From the NCBI GenBank assembly GCA_964469335.1, contig CAYXYK010000003.1:68671-132670 (forward strand): 64,000 bases of DNA, in the 5' to 3' direction. The first letter of the stretch is position 1. Every line of letters starts with the position of its first letter. Positions 1 to 9,578 of the stretch are shown here, piece after piece. The notes beneath the pieces were generated by a model, which was not told the DNA's origin, ran no database searches, and saw only the letters and a list, made by a program, of their open reading frames with translations. The translations under genes were made by a program, and so were the position numbers. Origin of the DNA: an uncultured Candidatus Saccharibacteria bacterium (GTDB lineage Bacteria > Patescibacteriota > Minisyncoccia > Phycocordibacterales > UBA6899).

Positions 1-2
1 AG

Positions 3-896
3 CTCGAAGTCGGAGATATCGCAGTCGCGACGCTTGTCGTCATGGTCCTCACGGCAGGTCTTATCTATTTCGTGAACATCCGCAACTGGGATGCGAACCT
101 CAGCCTGATCAACGCGATACGTCCGGACGGTGTGCTTGTCGACGACGGACACGGCAACAAGAAGATCGCGCTCGAAGAAGTGGTCAATCGCGGGCTATTT
201 GGAACTGGAGAAGCACGTGAGCAACTTGCACAGTTCGCAGTCCAGACACTCGACCCTCGTATCCCTGAATCACTCCGCAAGCAGTTCTTTGAGCTGACCG
301 CTGCTCAATTCGACCAGGAACTCAAAGACGATCCAGAGAACGTCCGTACGCAATCTTTCACCGCAACATTCTATGCCCGCTTCGGTCAGTATGATAAGGC
401 GCTTGAGCATTTCCAAGCAGCGATCAAGCTCTCGCCGAACCGCCAGTCGAACTATCTCGACCTTGGGATGATGTACATCTCAATGGGGCGATATGCAGAC
501 GCAGAGGCGGTCATCAAGAAAGCATATGATCTTGAGCCGGCGAATAATGATGCCGGGGTCGCATACGCAACGGCACTCATCTACAACAAGAAACCGGAGC
601 TTGCGCAGCCAGTCCTTGCTACGCTCGGGCAGTCGGCGTTCGACAGTCGCATCGTGAACGCCCTCGGGAACGCAGGGTACTTCGAGCAGGTGATCGCACT
701 TGTGAACGAGAAGATCGCTCAAGGGCTCGCGACCGGCCGTGATTACTTCTCGCTCGCGGGAGGCTATGCCTCAATCGGGCAGACGGCGAAAGCACTCGAA
801 GCAGTCGACAAGGCTGTATCAGTCGATGCCTCACTCAAGGACCAAGGTGAGCAACTGAAGACCCAGATCAGTGCTGGTCGTCCTGTAACGAAATAA
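3..896 (+). CDS. TPR-repeat protein, 5' partial (reading frame is open to the window start)
   Basis: Tetratricopeptide-like repeats (KALEHFQAAIKLSPNRQSNYLDLGMMYISMGRYADAEAVIKKAYDLEP); no stop codon upstream in frame to position 3. Confidence 0.6.
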   Translation, partial: LEVGDIAVATLVVMVLTAGLIYFVNIRNWDANLSLINAIRPDGVLVDDGHGNKKIALEEVVNRGLFGTGEAREQLAQFAVQTLDPRIPESLRKQFFELTAAQFDQELKDDPENVRTQSFTATFYARFGQYDKALEHFQAAIKLSPNRQSNYLDLGMMYISMGRYADAEAVIKKAYDLEPANNDAGVAYATALIYNKKPELAQPVLATLGQSAFDSRIVNALGNAGYFEQVIALVNEKIAQGLATGRDYFSLAGGYASIGQTAKALEAVDKAVSVDASLKDQGEQLKTQISAGRPVTK

Positions 897-914
897 AATT
901 CGTCGATCCGACAG

Positions 915-950
915 AAAAGAACACTCGTACATGCGAGTGTTCTTTTGTTT
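915..950 (+). terminator. Intrinsic terminator after the TPR gene
   Basis: Perfect 13-bp stem aaaagaacactcg / cgagtgttctttt with loop tacatg, then gttt. Confidence 0.6.
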
Positions 951-964
951 GGTACAATGTGTCG

Positions 965-1984
965 ATGGAGATACAGGAGCATGTTCCACTTGCACCCTAC
1001 ACGATGTTCCATATCGGCGGAGTAGCAAGATATTACTGCATAGCTAAGCATGATGAGGATGTGATCGAGGCGGTGAGATTCGCAGTAGCGCATCATGTGC
1101 CGTATTTCGTGCTCGGCGGCGGATCGAACATCCTCGTCTCGGATCGCGGATTCTCTGGTATCGTCATTCACATGAAAAGTGACAAGATGGTCTGGAACGA
1201 AGATGGTTCACTCGTCACCTCAGACGCGGGAGTGTCTTGGGACAAACTCGTCGAAGCAAGTGTCGAGCGGTCACTCTATGGGATCGAAAATCTTTCAGGT
1301 ATACCCGGTTCAGTCGGAGGAGCAGCGGGAGGAAACATCGGTGCATATGGAAGTGAAGTCAGCAGCACTCTCGAGTGGGTGGATGCTCTCGACATTAAAA
1401 CAGGTGGGATTCGAAGAATCACGAATAAAGAATGTGAACTCGGATATCGTGATTCGATCTTCAAATCGGAGAAAGGGAAGCATCTCATTATCCTCCGAGC
1501 TGCTTTTCGTCTCAGTCCCGAAGGCACGCTTGATCGAAAATACAAAGATGTCGCGGAGTACGAGAAGGACACCGGGGAGGTCGCAACACTGCGAGAGATG
1601 CGAAGCGCAATCCTTGCTATCCGCGCAAGAAAGTTTCCCGGAGATGGAAGTATCGGTACTGCTGGGTCATTCTTCAAGAATCCGGTAGTAACCGATGAAG
1701 AAGCGAACGCATTCCTCAAGAGGTTCCTTAGTGCTCCAAATTTTCCGCAGGATGACGGTCGAGTGAAACTTTCCGCGGCATGGATCATCGATCATGTGCT
1801 CAATTTGCGCGGTGTGCGTGAGAGAAATGTCGGAACATGGCCATCACAAGCACTTGTACTTGTGAACTACGGAGGTGCATCCGGAACAGAAATGAAAGAT
1901 TTTGCACGAATGATCATTGAAAGAGCAAAAAAAGAAACTGGTATCACTCTCGCTCCCGAAGTCATCTTCGTTGGTGATGAATGA
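965..1984 (+). CDS. murB: UDP-N-acetylenolpyruvoylglucosamine reductase
   Basis: FAD-binding MurB motifs (FVLGGGSNILVSD, GIENLSGIPGSVGGAAGGNIGAYG). ATG at 965 lies 7 nt after TACAAT (953-958); an in-frame GTG at 959 is the alternative start. Confidence 0.88.
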   Translation: MEIQEHVPLAPYTMFHIGGVARYYCIAKHDEDVIEAVRFAVAHHVPYFVLGGGSNILVSDRGFSGIVIHMKSDKMVWNEDGSLVTSDAGVSWDKLVEASVERSLYGIENLSGIPGSVGGAAGGNIGAYGSEVSSTLEWVDALDIKTGGIRRITNKECELGYRDSIFKSEKGKHLIILRAAFRLSPEGTLDRKYKDVAEYEKDTGEVATLREMRSAILAIRARKFPGDGSIGTAGSFFKNPVVTDEEANAFLKRFLSAPNFPQDDGRVKLSAAWIIDHVLNLRGVRERNVGTWPSQALVLVNYGGASGTEMKDFARMIIERAKKETGITLAPEVIFVGDE

Positions 1985-2242
1985 TATAAATAAGGCTTCG
2001 CTGCACATTCATTTGCGATATGCCTGATAAAAAAATTTTTTTGCATCGCGAACGAAAAAAAATTATACACGAGTTATCCACAACTTTTTGTTGTTGTGTA
2101 TTGAGCGTGTAAGATATGCGAGGGATAATAATGTGTAGGAGTGTTCGTTGGTGAACGTAAAATATTTTTCAAGGACACTCGCATCTTTTGATGCTTTATG
2201 GTCGAAGCATAAAATTTTATAAGCCTCTAAACCCTCACTACT

Positions 2243-2311
2243 ATGGCAGCAAAGAAGAAGGCAAAGAAAGCAGCAAAGAAGACTGCAGCAAAGAAGAAGA
2301 AGAAGGCATAA
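2243..2311 (+). CDS. 22-aa lysine/alanine-rich micro-protein (MAAKKKAKKAAKKTAAKKKKKA), hypothetical
   Basis: ATG..TAA read directly from the sequence; followed 10 nt later by a perfect 22-bp hairpin; no clear SD. Confidence 0.3.
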   Translation: MAAKKKAKKAAKKTAAKKKKKA

Positions 2312-2321
2312 GCCACATTTC

Positions 2322-2369
2322 TTCCACAAAGAAAAATTCCTGCGTAAGCAGGAATTTTTCTTTGTGGAA
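2322..2369 (+). terminator. Perfect 22-bp palindromic hairpin (A-tract/T-tract arms; bidirectional-terminator-like)
   Basis: ttccacaaagaaaaattcctgc gtaa gcaggaatttttctttgtggaa. Confidence 0.55.
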
Positions 2370-2597
2370 GAATAAAACAAGCGAACTTCTTCGTTGCGGG
2401 GCCCCAGCGACTCAGTCACCGTACTCCGAGTACGCCTCCTTCGCCGCAATCCCCGCGCCTTGAATTTCATCTTGTTTTATTCTTCCTGAATGCCCAGAAA
2501 ATTAACAAGACAAAGGTGTTCGACATGGGGGTTCGGCTACGTTATAGTAGGTGGACTTCAGGCCGTTTGCGCTTAGTTGACAGCTCTGGAAAACATC

Positions 2598-5093
2598 ATG
2601 AAATTACTGAACAAACTATTCAAAACAGAAGGAGAAAAAGAAGTGCAGCGACTTTGGCCGATCGTGGAGAAGATAAACGGATATGAAGCGGAGATCAAGA
2701 CACTTTCAGACGAAGCACTCACGGAGAAGACACACGAGTTTAAAAAAAGATTAGCAGAAGGAGAGACGCTCGATGATATTCTTCCCGAAGCATTCGCAGT
2801 TGTACGTGAAGGATCACTCCGCACGCTTGGGCAGCGTCACTACGATGTGCAGCTCCTTGGCGGCATCATCCTACACAAGGGAATGATTGCCGAGATGAAG
2901 ACCGGTGAGGGAAAGACGCTTGTCGCAACACTGCCGACCTACCTCAACGCACTGAGCGGTAAGGGCGTACATATTGTCACCGTCAACGACTACCTTTCTT
3001 CCCGCGATGCAGTGTCGATGGGACAGATCCATGCATTCCTCGGACTCACTGTCGGAGTGATCAATCATGACTCATCCTATCTCTATGATAAGACCCAGGT
3101 CGCTAGCGATGAGTCGCGTGATGAGACCGGTTCATTCCGCGTCTTCCACGAGTTCCTTCGTCCGTCAACAAGAAGAGAAGCATATGCAGCGGACATCACC
3201 TACGGAACGAATAACGAATTCGGGTTCGACTATCTGCGCGATAATATCTCATATGAAGCGAAAGATCTGCGGCAGAGAGAGTTCAACTTCGCTATCGTCG
3301 ACGAGATCGATTCCATCCTCATCGACGAAGCACGAACCCCACTCATCATCTCTGCTCCAGCACAGGATTCCGAGTCACTTTATGCTACATTCGCAGCTAT
3401 CGCGACGAAACTCTCTGCACCGGGGGATTTCACCGTCGACGAGAAGCTCAAGGCAGTCCAGATCACCGATGAGGGGATCACTAAAGCCGAACAACTTCTT
3501 GGTGTCGAGAATATCTATACAGAAAAAGGCATCAAATATGTCCATCATCTGGAAACCGCGGTACGTGCAAAGGCTCTTTTCCTCAAAGATAGAGAATATG
3601 TGATCAAGGGAGACGAGGTCATCATCGTCGACGAATTCACCGGGCGATTGCAGCCCGGCCGTCGTTGGTCAGAAGGGCTCCATCAGGCGATCGAGGCAAA
3701 AGAAGGGGTGAAAGTGCAGCAGGAGTCTCGTACCATGGCGTCGATCACTTTCCAGAACTACTTCAAACTGTACGGCAAGCTCTCCGGTATGACAGGTACA
3801 GCGCTCACTTCGAGCGAGGAATTCCTCAAGATCTATGGGCTCGACGTGATTCCGGTCCCCCCAAATCGTCCGTCTGTCCGTATCGACAACAATGACCTGA
3901 TCTTTCAGACCGAACAAGGGAAGTTCAAGGCGATCGCACGCAAGGTGAAGGAACTCCACGATAAAGGCCAACCGGTACTCATCGGTACCGTCTCGGTCGA
4001 GAAGAATGAACTTCTGTCCGCTTTTCTCACTCACGAAGGGGTACCTCATGAGCTTTTGAATGCAAAGAATCACGAACGGGAAGGTGAGATCATCGCACAA
4101 GCAGGTCGTGATGCATCGGTCGTCATCGCCACCAACATGGCGGGCCGTGGCGTCGACATCAAGCTCGGCGGTAATCCTGGAAGTCCTGAAGCATATACGA
4201 CAGTGAAGGAGCACGGCGGGCTTTTCGTCTTGGGTACCGAACGCCACGAAGCTCGTCGTATCGATAACCAGCTGCGCGGTCGCTCAGGACGCCAAGGTGA
4301 TCCCGGCGAGACACAGTTCTTCGTCTCACTCGAGGATTCGCTGATGCGTATCTTCGCATCTGACACCATCAAGAGCATGATGGGTCGTTTCGGTATCCCC
4401 GAGGATGAACCGATCGAGAACCGTATGATCACTCGAGCCTTGGAGAACGCACAGGAGAAGATAGAAGGATTCAATTTCGACGCCCGCAAGCACGTACTCC
4501 AGTACGACAACATCATCAATCTTCATCGTAAGACGATGTATGAGCGTCGCCGAAAACTCTTGCTCGGCACGAAGGAAGAAGTAAAAGGATATTTCGACAA
4601 TCTCATCGCCGAGGCAGGTGAGTTTGGTGAGGAGATTGAGAAGGCAAAGAACGAGAAGATCGCGATCATCGGCGAGGATTCTTTCTATGATGTGGTTCGC
4701 CGACTGGCATTACAGACAAATGACATGTTCTGGATCGACCACCTCGAGCTGATGGATTACGCTCGATCATCGGTCAATCTGCGCGCATACGGACAGCGTG
4801 ACCCTCTAGTTGAGTACAAGCATGAAGGACTTAGGCTTTACAAAGAGATGGAGGAGGGGATCAGACATCAGATACTTGAAATGATTCCACGTATCGAAGT
4901 TGGAGCATTCGTACAGCGCGAAGCAGAACTCAAGAAAGTCGAAGCACAGATGACACTCGCGGGAGGGGCGAATACCGGAGACGCAACCACTTCGCAAGCG
5001 AAAAAGACTGACGAGCATGCAATCGGGCGAAACGACCCCTGCTGGTGCGGTAGCGGGAAGAAATTCAAGAAGTGCCACGGTGCTGAAGCATAA
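2598..5093 (+). CDS. secA: Preprotein translocase ATPase SecA
   Basis: KTGEGKTLVATLPTYLNAL Walker A/DEAD motor; C-terminal zinc finger CWCGSGKKFKKCHG; start chosen at MKLLNKLF (the ORF also has an in-frame ATG at 2577). Confidence 0.93.
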   Translation: MKLLNKLFKTEGEKEVQRLWPIVEKINGYEAEIKTLSDEALTEKTHEFKKRLAEGETLDDILPEAFAVVREGSLRTLGQRHYDVQLLGGIILHKGMIAEMKTGEGKTLVATLPTYLNALSGKGVHIVTVNDYLSSRDAVSMGQIHAFLGLTVGVINHDSSYLYDKTQVASDESRDETGSFRVFHEFLRPSTRREAYAADITYGTNNEFGFDYLRDNISYEAKDLRQREFNFAIVDEIDSILIDEARTPLIISAPAQDSESLYATFAAIATKLSAPGDFTVDEKLKAVQITDEGITKAEQLLGVENIYTEKGIKYVHHLETAVRAKALFLKDREYVIKGDEVIIVDEFTGRLQPGRRWSEGLHQAIEAKEGVKVQQESRTMASITFQNYFKLYGKLSGMTGTALTSSEEFLKIYGLDVIPVPPNRPSVRIDNNDLIFQTEQGKFKAIARKVKELHDKGQPVLIGTVSVEKNELLSAFLTHEGVPHELLNAKNHEREGEIIAQAGRDASVVIATNMAGRGVDIKLGGNPGSPEAYTTVKEHGGLFVLGTERHEARRIDNQLRGRSGRQGDPGETQFFVSLEDSLMRIFASDTIKSMMGRFGIPEDEPIENRMITRALENAQEKIEGFNFDARKHVLQYDNIINLHRKTMYERRRKLLLGTKEEVKGYFDNLIAEAGEFGEEIEKAKNEKIAIIGEDSFYDVVRRLALQTNDMFWIDHLELMDYARSSVNLRAYGQRDPLVEYKHEGLRLYKEMEEGIRHQILEMIPRIEVGAFVQREAELKKVEAQMTLAGGANTGDATTSQAKKTDEHAIGRNDPCWCGSGKKFKKCHGAEA

Positions 5094-5109
5094 ACGCCAA
5101 CGATACAAT

Positions 5110-5511
5110 ATGAAAAATCTTGAAAAAAAGATATATTCACACCTCAAGGAACGTGGATGGCATGAGCTGCGACCGTCAGATGTCGCGAAATCGATCATGA
5201 TCGAAGGGGCGGAGCTGCTCGAGCTTTTCCAGTGGGAAAATCGTTCGCTCGCGGAGGTGAAAAAAGACAAGAAGAAAATCGAAGAAGTGAAAGAGGAGAT
5301 TGCCGATGTGCTGATCTATGCGATCGAACTTACCACGCTGCTTGGTATCGATACGGAAAAAGCGATACGAAAGAAACTGGCATATACCGCGAAAAAATAC
5401 CCTGCAGCGGTCATGAAGAAGAATGCAAAAGAAGGTTCCGGCTCCGGTAACGAATCCGAATATTGGCGGATCAAGAAAGCCTACCGTGCGAAGAAGAACT
5501 CAGCGAACTAA
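5110..5511 (+). CDS. MazG-like nucleotide pyrophosphohydrolase (dCTPase-like all-alpha NTP-PPase)
   Basis: EIADVLIYAIELTTLLGID motif typical of MazG/DCTPP1; start taken at the internal ATG (MKNLEKK) to avoid overlap with the secA 3' end. Confidence 0.6.
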   Translation: MKNLEKKIYSHLKERGWHELRPSDVAKSIMIEGAELLELFQWENRSLAEVKKDKKKIEEVKEEIADVLIYAIELTTLLGIDTEKAIRKKLAYTAKKYPAAVMKKNAKEGSGSGNESEYWRIKKAYRAKKNSAN

Positions 5512-5513
5512 CG

Positions 5514-5732
5514 ATGAAAAAAGGAGTCTACCGCCATTTCAAAGGAGGGAAGTATGAGGTGATCGATGTCGTCACTCACTCGGAAACACTCGAAGAGATG
5601 GTGCTGTATCGTCACTTTGATGGCGATAGAGGACTTTGGGTACGACCGAAAGAGATGTTTGAGGAAGTCATCGAACGAGACGGGAAAAGCATCCCGCGTT
5701 TTTCCTACATTGGAGAAACAGACCAGAAATAA
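5514..5732 (+). CDS. DUF1653 family protein
   Basis: YRHFKGGKYEV...VLYRH motif characteristic of DUF1653; start at MKKGVYRHF. Confidence 0.55.
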   Translation: MKKGVYRHFKGGKYEVIDVVTHSETLEEMVLYRHFDGDRGLWVRPKEMFEEVIERDGKSIPRFSYIGETDQK

Positions 5733-5747
5733 TGCTATACTCCGCTG

Positions 5748-6995
5748 ATGTCTAAAAAAGGAAGTCCGCTTTTCACGCTTTTCTTCACCATATTCCTCGA
5801 TATGGTCGGAGTGGGTATCCTCATCCCGGTCATGCCAGTCCTTCTCACTGAGCCGAGTTCCTCACACTTCATCCTCCCCGCAGGAACATCGGTCGAAACG
5901 GGGTACCTTCTGCTCGGACTCCTGTTCACGCTTTTCTCACTCGGACAGTTCCTTGCGGCACCCATCATCGGACAGTTTTCAGATAAGTGGGGAAGAAAGA
6001 AACTCCTTGCGCTCTCGGTATTCGGGACTTCGCTCGGTTTCTTCATGTTCGGTGTGGGAGTCATCTTGGGTAATGTCCCGCTACTGTTCTTCGCTCGGTT
6101 CTTTGCTGGAGTGATGGGAGGGAACATCGTCGTTGCACAAGCCGCCATCGCGGATATCACTACACCCGAGAACCGCGCAAAGAATTTCGGGATGATCGGC
6201 GCGGCGTTCGGACTTGGATTCATTCTTGGACCGTTCATCGGAGGTAAACTCACCGATACGACGCTCGTATCGTGGTTCTCTGCATCCACGCCATTCTTCT
6301 TTGCCGCGGCACTTTCGTTCATCAACGTCATTCAGGTCTTGTACTATCTCACTGAGACGAATCTTCATACGGCGAAGGACAAGAAAGTCGAATGGGGTAA
6401 ATCGTTGTCGAACATCCTCCATGCGCTCAAGATGCCGCGGGTGCGACCGCTGTTCATCACCAACTTCCTCTTCCAAGGTGGTTTTTCGTTCTATATCACG
6501 TTCATGGCGGTCTATCTTTTGGCGAAATTCAATTTCACTCAAGGTGAACTCGGTAACTATTTCGCGTTCGTTGGGATATGGATCGTCATTACTCAGGGGT
6601 TCATCACCAGGAAGGTCGCCCAATATGTAAATGAGACGAAAGTCGTGCAGAACTCGATCATCGCCGTCGGGCTTTGTATCCTCGCGATCGTCATGGTCCC
6701 GTCAAGGAGCCTTCTCTATATGGTAGTCCCGTTCTTTGCGATCGCGGTCGGGCTTTCACAGGCGAACATCACCGCGCTGATCTCACGCTCAGCGGGTGCC
6801 GGTGTGCAAGGGGAAGTCCTCGGAATAAACGGAAGCGTAATGGCACTCGCGCAGGCGATCCCTCCGATCCTTTCAGGAGTGGTAGCCGGACTCTTCGAAC
6901 CGGAAGCGTCACTTCTCATTGCGGCAGCACTCGCTGTCATTGCTGGGCTATATTTCAATAATCATCTCCGTAACCTCAAACTTGCTCACTCATAG
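5748..6995 (+). CDS. MFS transporter (drug:H+ antiporter / tetracycline-efflux-like)
   Basis: 12-TM profile; MFS signature GQFSDKWGRKK between TM2 and TM3. Confidence 0.82.
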   Translation: MSKKGSPLFTLFFTIFLDMVGVGILIPVMPVLLTEPSSSHFILPAGTSVETGYLLLGLLFTLFSLGQFLAAPIIGQFSDKWGRKKLLALSVFGTSLGFFMFGVGVILGNVPLLFFARFFAGVMGGNIVVAQAAIADITTPENRAKNFGMIGAAFGLGFILGPFIGGKLTDTTLVSWFSASTPFFFAAALSFINVIQVLYYLTETNLHTAKDKKVEWGKSLSNILHALKMPRVRPLFITNFLFQGGFSFYITFMAVYLLAKFNFTQGELGNYFAFVGIWIVITQGFITRKVAQYVNETKVVQNSIIAVGLCILAIVMVPSRSLLYMVVPFFAIAVGLSQANITALISRSAGAGVQGEVLGINGSVMALAQAIPPILSGVVAGLFEPEASLLIAAALAVIAGLYFNNHLRNLKLAHS

Positions 6996-7080
6996 AGATA
7001 AAGCAACTGTGGAGATTCTCTATCGGTTTTTCATGCAAAACGCAATATACTTAAGGTAATATAAGCCTAATATATCTCCC

Positions 7081-9435
7081 ATGGAAGTTCTTCTGTTCGG
7101 ATCGTTCCTGATCGCGATCATCTATTTCAATAATCGTATCGGAAAAGCAGAGTGGCGTATCAATGAACTCGAAGGTGCTCTGAAGAAAAACACATCGACC
7201 GCTGGCTCTGAGAAGCAAGCGACACCCACTGCCTCACCGGATGGGCTCGAAAAACTTCTCGCAGTAAGCGCCAAAGAGCCAGTGACGCCGTCCCCAGCAC
7301 CCGCACCACTATATGCAAGTGAGGCGAACAGCAAGACCTCGAGCGTCCCGACGGAAAGCAATGAAGAGACCAGTGCTAGGTGGCTCGGTCGTATCGGTGC
7401 GATCGCGGTGTTGCTTGGAGTAGTGTTCTTCCTCAAGTATGCTTTCGATAACAACTGGATCGGCCCGGTCGGGCGAGTCGCGATCGGAGTACTCTTTGGT
7501 ATCGTCACCGTAGGTATTGGACAGAAGCTTCGTTCGAAGTATCAAAACTATTCCGACATTCTTATCGCGTGCGGTGTCGGCGTACTCTATCTATCCATCT
7601 ACGCATCGTACGGCTTCTACCACATGGTGATGCCCGCAGTCGCACTCTTCCTTATGGCGCTGGTGACCGCAGTCGCACTCCTTATTGCGGTAGTAGACGG
7701 AAGTATCGGCCTTGCCGTCTTTGCCACGCTCGGCGGATTCGCGACTCCGGTAGCACTTTCGACCGGTGAGAACCATCTGGTCGGACTATCTCTCTACATG
7801 ATCATCCTTGATCTTGGTGTATTCGGTGCCGCATTCTATAAGAAATGGTTGAAACTCAATGTGATCGCATTCATCGGCACACTCTTTTTGTTCGAGGGCT
7901 GGATGAGCACGTATTACAGTGAGGCGCAGCTCGCAATGACCTTCTTATTCGGATCAATCTTCTTCGGACTCTTTCTTGCGACTTCCATACTTCATCATCT
8001 TTTGCGCAAAGAACCGACTACCGTTTCCGATCTCCTCCTCATCACCGCAAATGCGGCGTGGTATTTTTCCCTCGGGTATCGACTGTTCGATCCGCTGTAC
8101 CATGAGTATCTCGGTTTCTTCGCATTTCTTCTTTCGGCACTGTATTTGGCGATCGCATATGTCTCATTCAGTTCGAATCGTGCGGATCGCACACTCAATC
8201 TCTTCCTCCCGGGAATTGCCGTCGTGTTCCTCACTGTTGCGATACCGCTGCAGCTCACCGGTCTCTATATCTCCGTTGCTTGGCTTGTGGAGGCGGCTGT
8301 CCTCCTCGCAACATCACTCTACCTACGCGAGAGAGTGATGCAGGTGTTCGCATGGCTCGTGCTCGTACTCGGAATTGCTTCCGTCGGTGATGATGTCTCT
8401 GCGATCCGAAGCGGACTCCACACATGGATGCCGCAACCCGATGCGTGGCAAGTTCCCATTCCGACACTTGCACCGTTCTGGAATACCGGCTTCTTCCTGA
8501 TGATCACGGCAACACTCGTCATCTACTTGTTTGCCTATTTGTATCATCGCTTCCGCGATGCCGACCCTGAAGCATCGCACGCGATGCTCCTTTCGCTAGT
8601 GCTTGGCAGTATCGCTACGGCGATCACATTCACGGTCGAGCTCGATAACGGGCTCGATAACTGGGTGGCTCTCCCGTGGCTATTCGAAGGCCTACTCGTG
8701 CTGTTCATCGGTCTTCGTCTTCGCTCCAAGCTCACACAAGGTGTGGGGTGGCTGATCTCCGCGCTTGGCTTGATGGCGATGGGGGGAGCAGTAGGGAACA
8801 TCCACCAAGCACACGGAGTATCAGGGACAGATGCTCCCGCGTTCTTCAATCTTGGAACACTCCTGATGCTCTGCTCAGTCGGAGTTACCTATGTTTTCGC
8901 GTATCTCTACCGGCTTCATAAGGAAAGTATCCCTGACTGGAAGAAATATGCCGGAGTACTGGTGATCATCGCGAATCTCCTTACTGTTGCATGTTTCACC
9001 TGGGAGATCGGTTACAGCTATGATCTGCGCATTCGTACACTCTCCTACGAATCGGCACGTATCCAAGCTGATGCCCAGAATTATTATGGAGGGGCAGCAG
9101 ATCCTTCGTATGTTCCCAATCCTGACGTGAACTCCGTACCGTACTATGTGGAGGTGAAGGATATCAAGAGCTCGAAAGAGACAGCGATCACGATCTTCTG
9201 GGCGTTCTATGCGATACTCCTGCTCGTCGTCGGCTTTGCGAAGCGTCTGCGAGTTATTCGTTTGTTCGGGCTAGTGTTCTTCTTCGTCACCGCGATACGA
9301 GCGTTCCTCATCATCTGGCAGCTCAATGAGCTCACACGGATCATTTCATCAATCGCGTTCGGGGTCATTGCGCTCGCTGGATCGTTCTTGTATGCGAAGT
9401 ATAAGGGTCGTTTACAATCAATCATCCTCGATTAG
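7081..9435 (+). CDS. Large polytopic membrane protein, DUF2339-like
   Basis: N-terminal TM followed by a coiled-coil (AEWRINELEGALKK) and a low-complexity linker, then more than 15 predicted TM helices; the architecture matches DUF2339. Confidence 0.5.
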   Translation: MEVLLFGSFLIAIIYFNNRIGKAEWRINELEGALKKNTSTAGSEKQATPTASPDGLEKLLAVSAKEPVTPSPAPAPLYASEANSKTSSVPTESNEETSARWLGRIGAIAVLLGVVFFLKYAFDNNWIGPVGRVAIGVLFGIVTVGIGQKLRSKYQNYSDILIACGVGVLYLSIYASYGFYHMVMPAVALFLMALVTAVALLIAVVDGSIGLAVFATLGGFATPVALSTGENHLVGLSLYMIILDLGVFGAAFYKKWLKLNVIAFIGTLFLFEGWMSTYYSEAQLAMTFLFGSIFFGLFLATSILHHLLRKEPTTVSDLLLITANAAWYFSLGYRLFDPLYHEYLGFFAFLLSALYLAIAYVSFSSNRADRTLNLFLPGIAVVFLTVAIPLQLTGLYISVAWLVEAAVLLATSLYLRERVMQVFAWLVLVLGIASVGDDVSAIRSGLHTWMPQPDAWQVPIPTLAPFWNTGFFLMITATLVIYLFAYLYHRFRDADPEASHAMLLSLVLGSIATAITFTVELDNGLDNWVALPWLFEGLLVLFIGLRLRSKLTQGVGWLISALGLMAMGGAVGNIHQAHGVSGTDAPAFFNLGTLLMLCSVGVTYVFAYLYRLHKESIPDWKKYAGVLVIIANLLTVACFTWEIGYSYDLRIRTLSYESARIQADAQNYYGGAADPSYVPNPDVNSVPYYVEVKDIKSSKETAITIFWAFYAILLLVVGFAKRLRVIRLFGLVFFFVTAIRAFLIIWQLNELTRIISSIAFGVIALAGSFLYAKYKGRLQSIILD

Positions 9436-9436
9436 T

Positions 9437-9560
9437 GTGGTTTTCAATTCCGGCGAATTTCATCGTTGCCTGCGTCGTGAGTCGGCTCAACGTACGATGA
9501 GTACGTCTCGCCGGCATTACTTCATTTGCGCCTCGAACTTCATTAAGAATTGAAAACCAT
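9437..9560 (+). other. Nested long inverted-repeat structure in the intergenic region (candidate structured RNA or complex terminator)
   Basis: Outer arms gtggttttcaattc(9437-9450) / gaattgaaaaccat(9547-9560); inner ccggcga / tcgccgg; innermost cgtac-gatga-gtacg. Confidence 0.4.
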
Positions 9561-9578
9561 AAAAGAAAATTAATACTC

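Noticed and set aside
2064-2072. Perfect DnaA-box 9-mer TTATCCACA in the AT-rich region after murB
   Set aside because: It is a single box. A perfect 9-mer is expected about once by chance in 64 kb counting both strands. No cluster of boxes and no dnaA/dnaN context.
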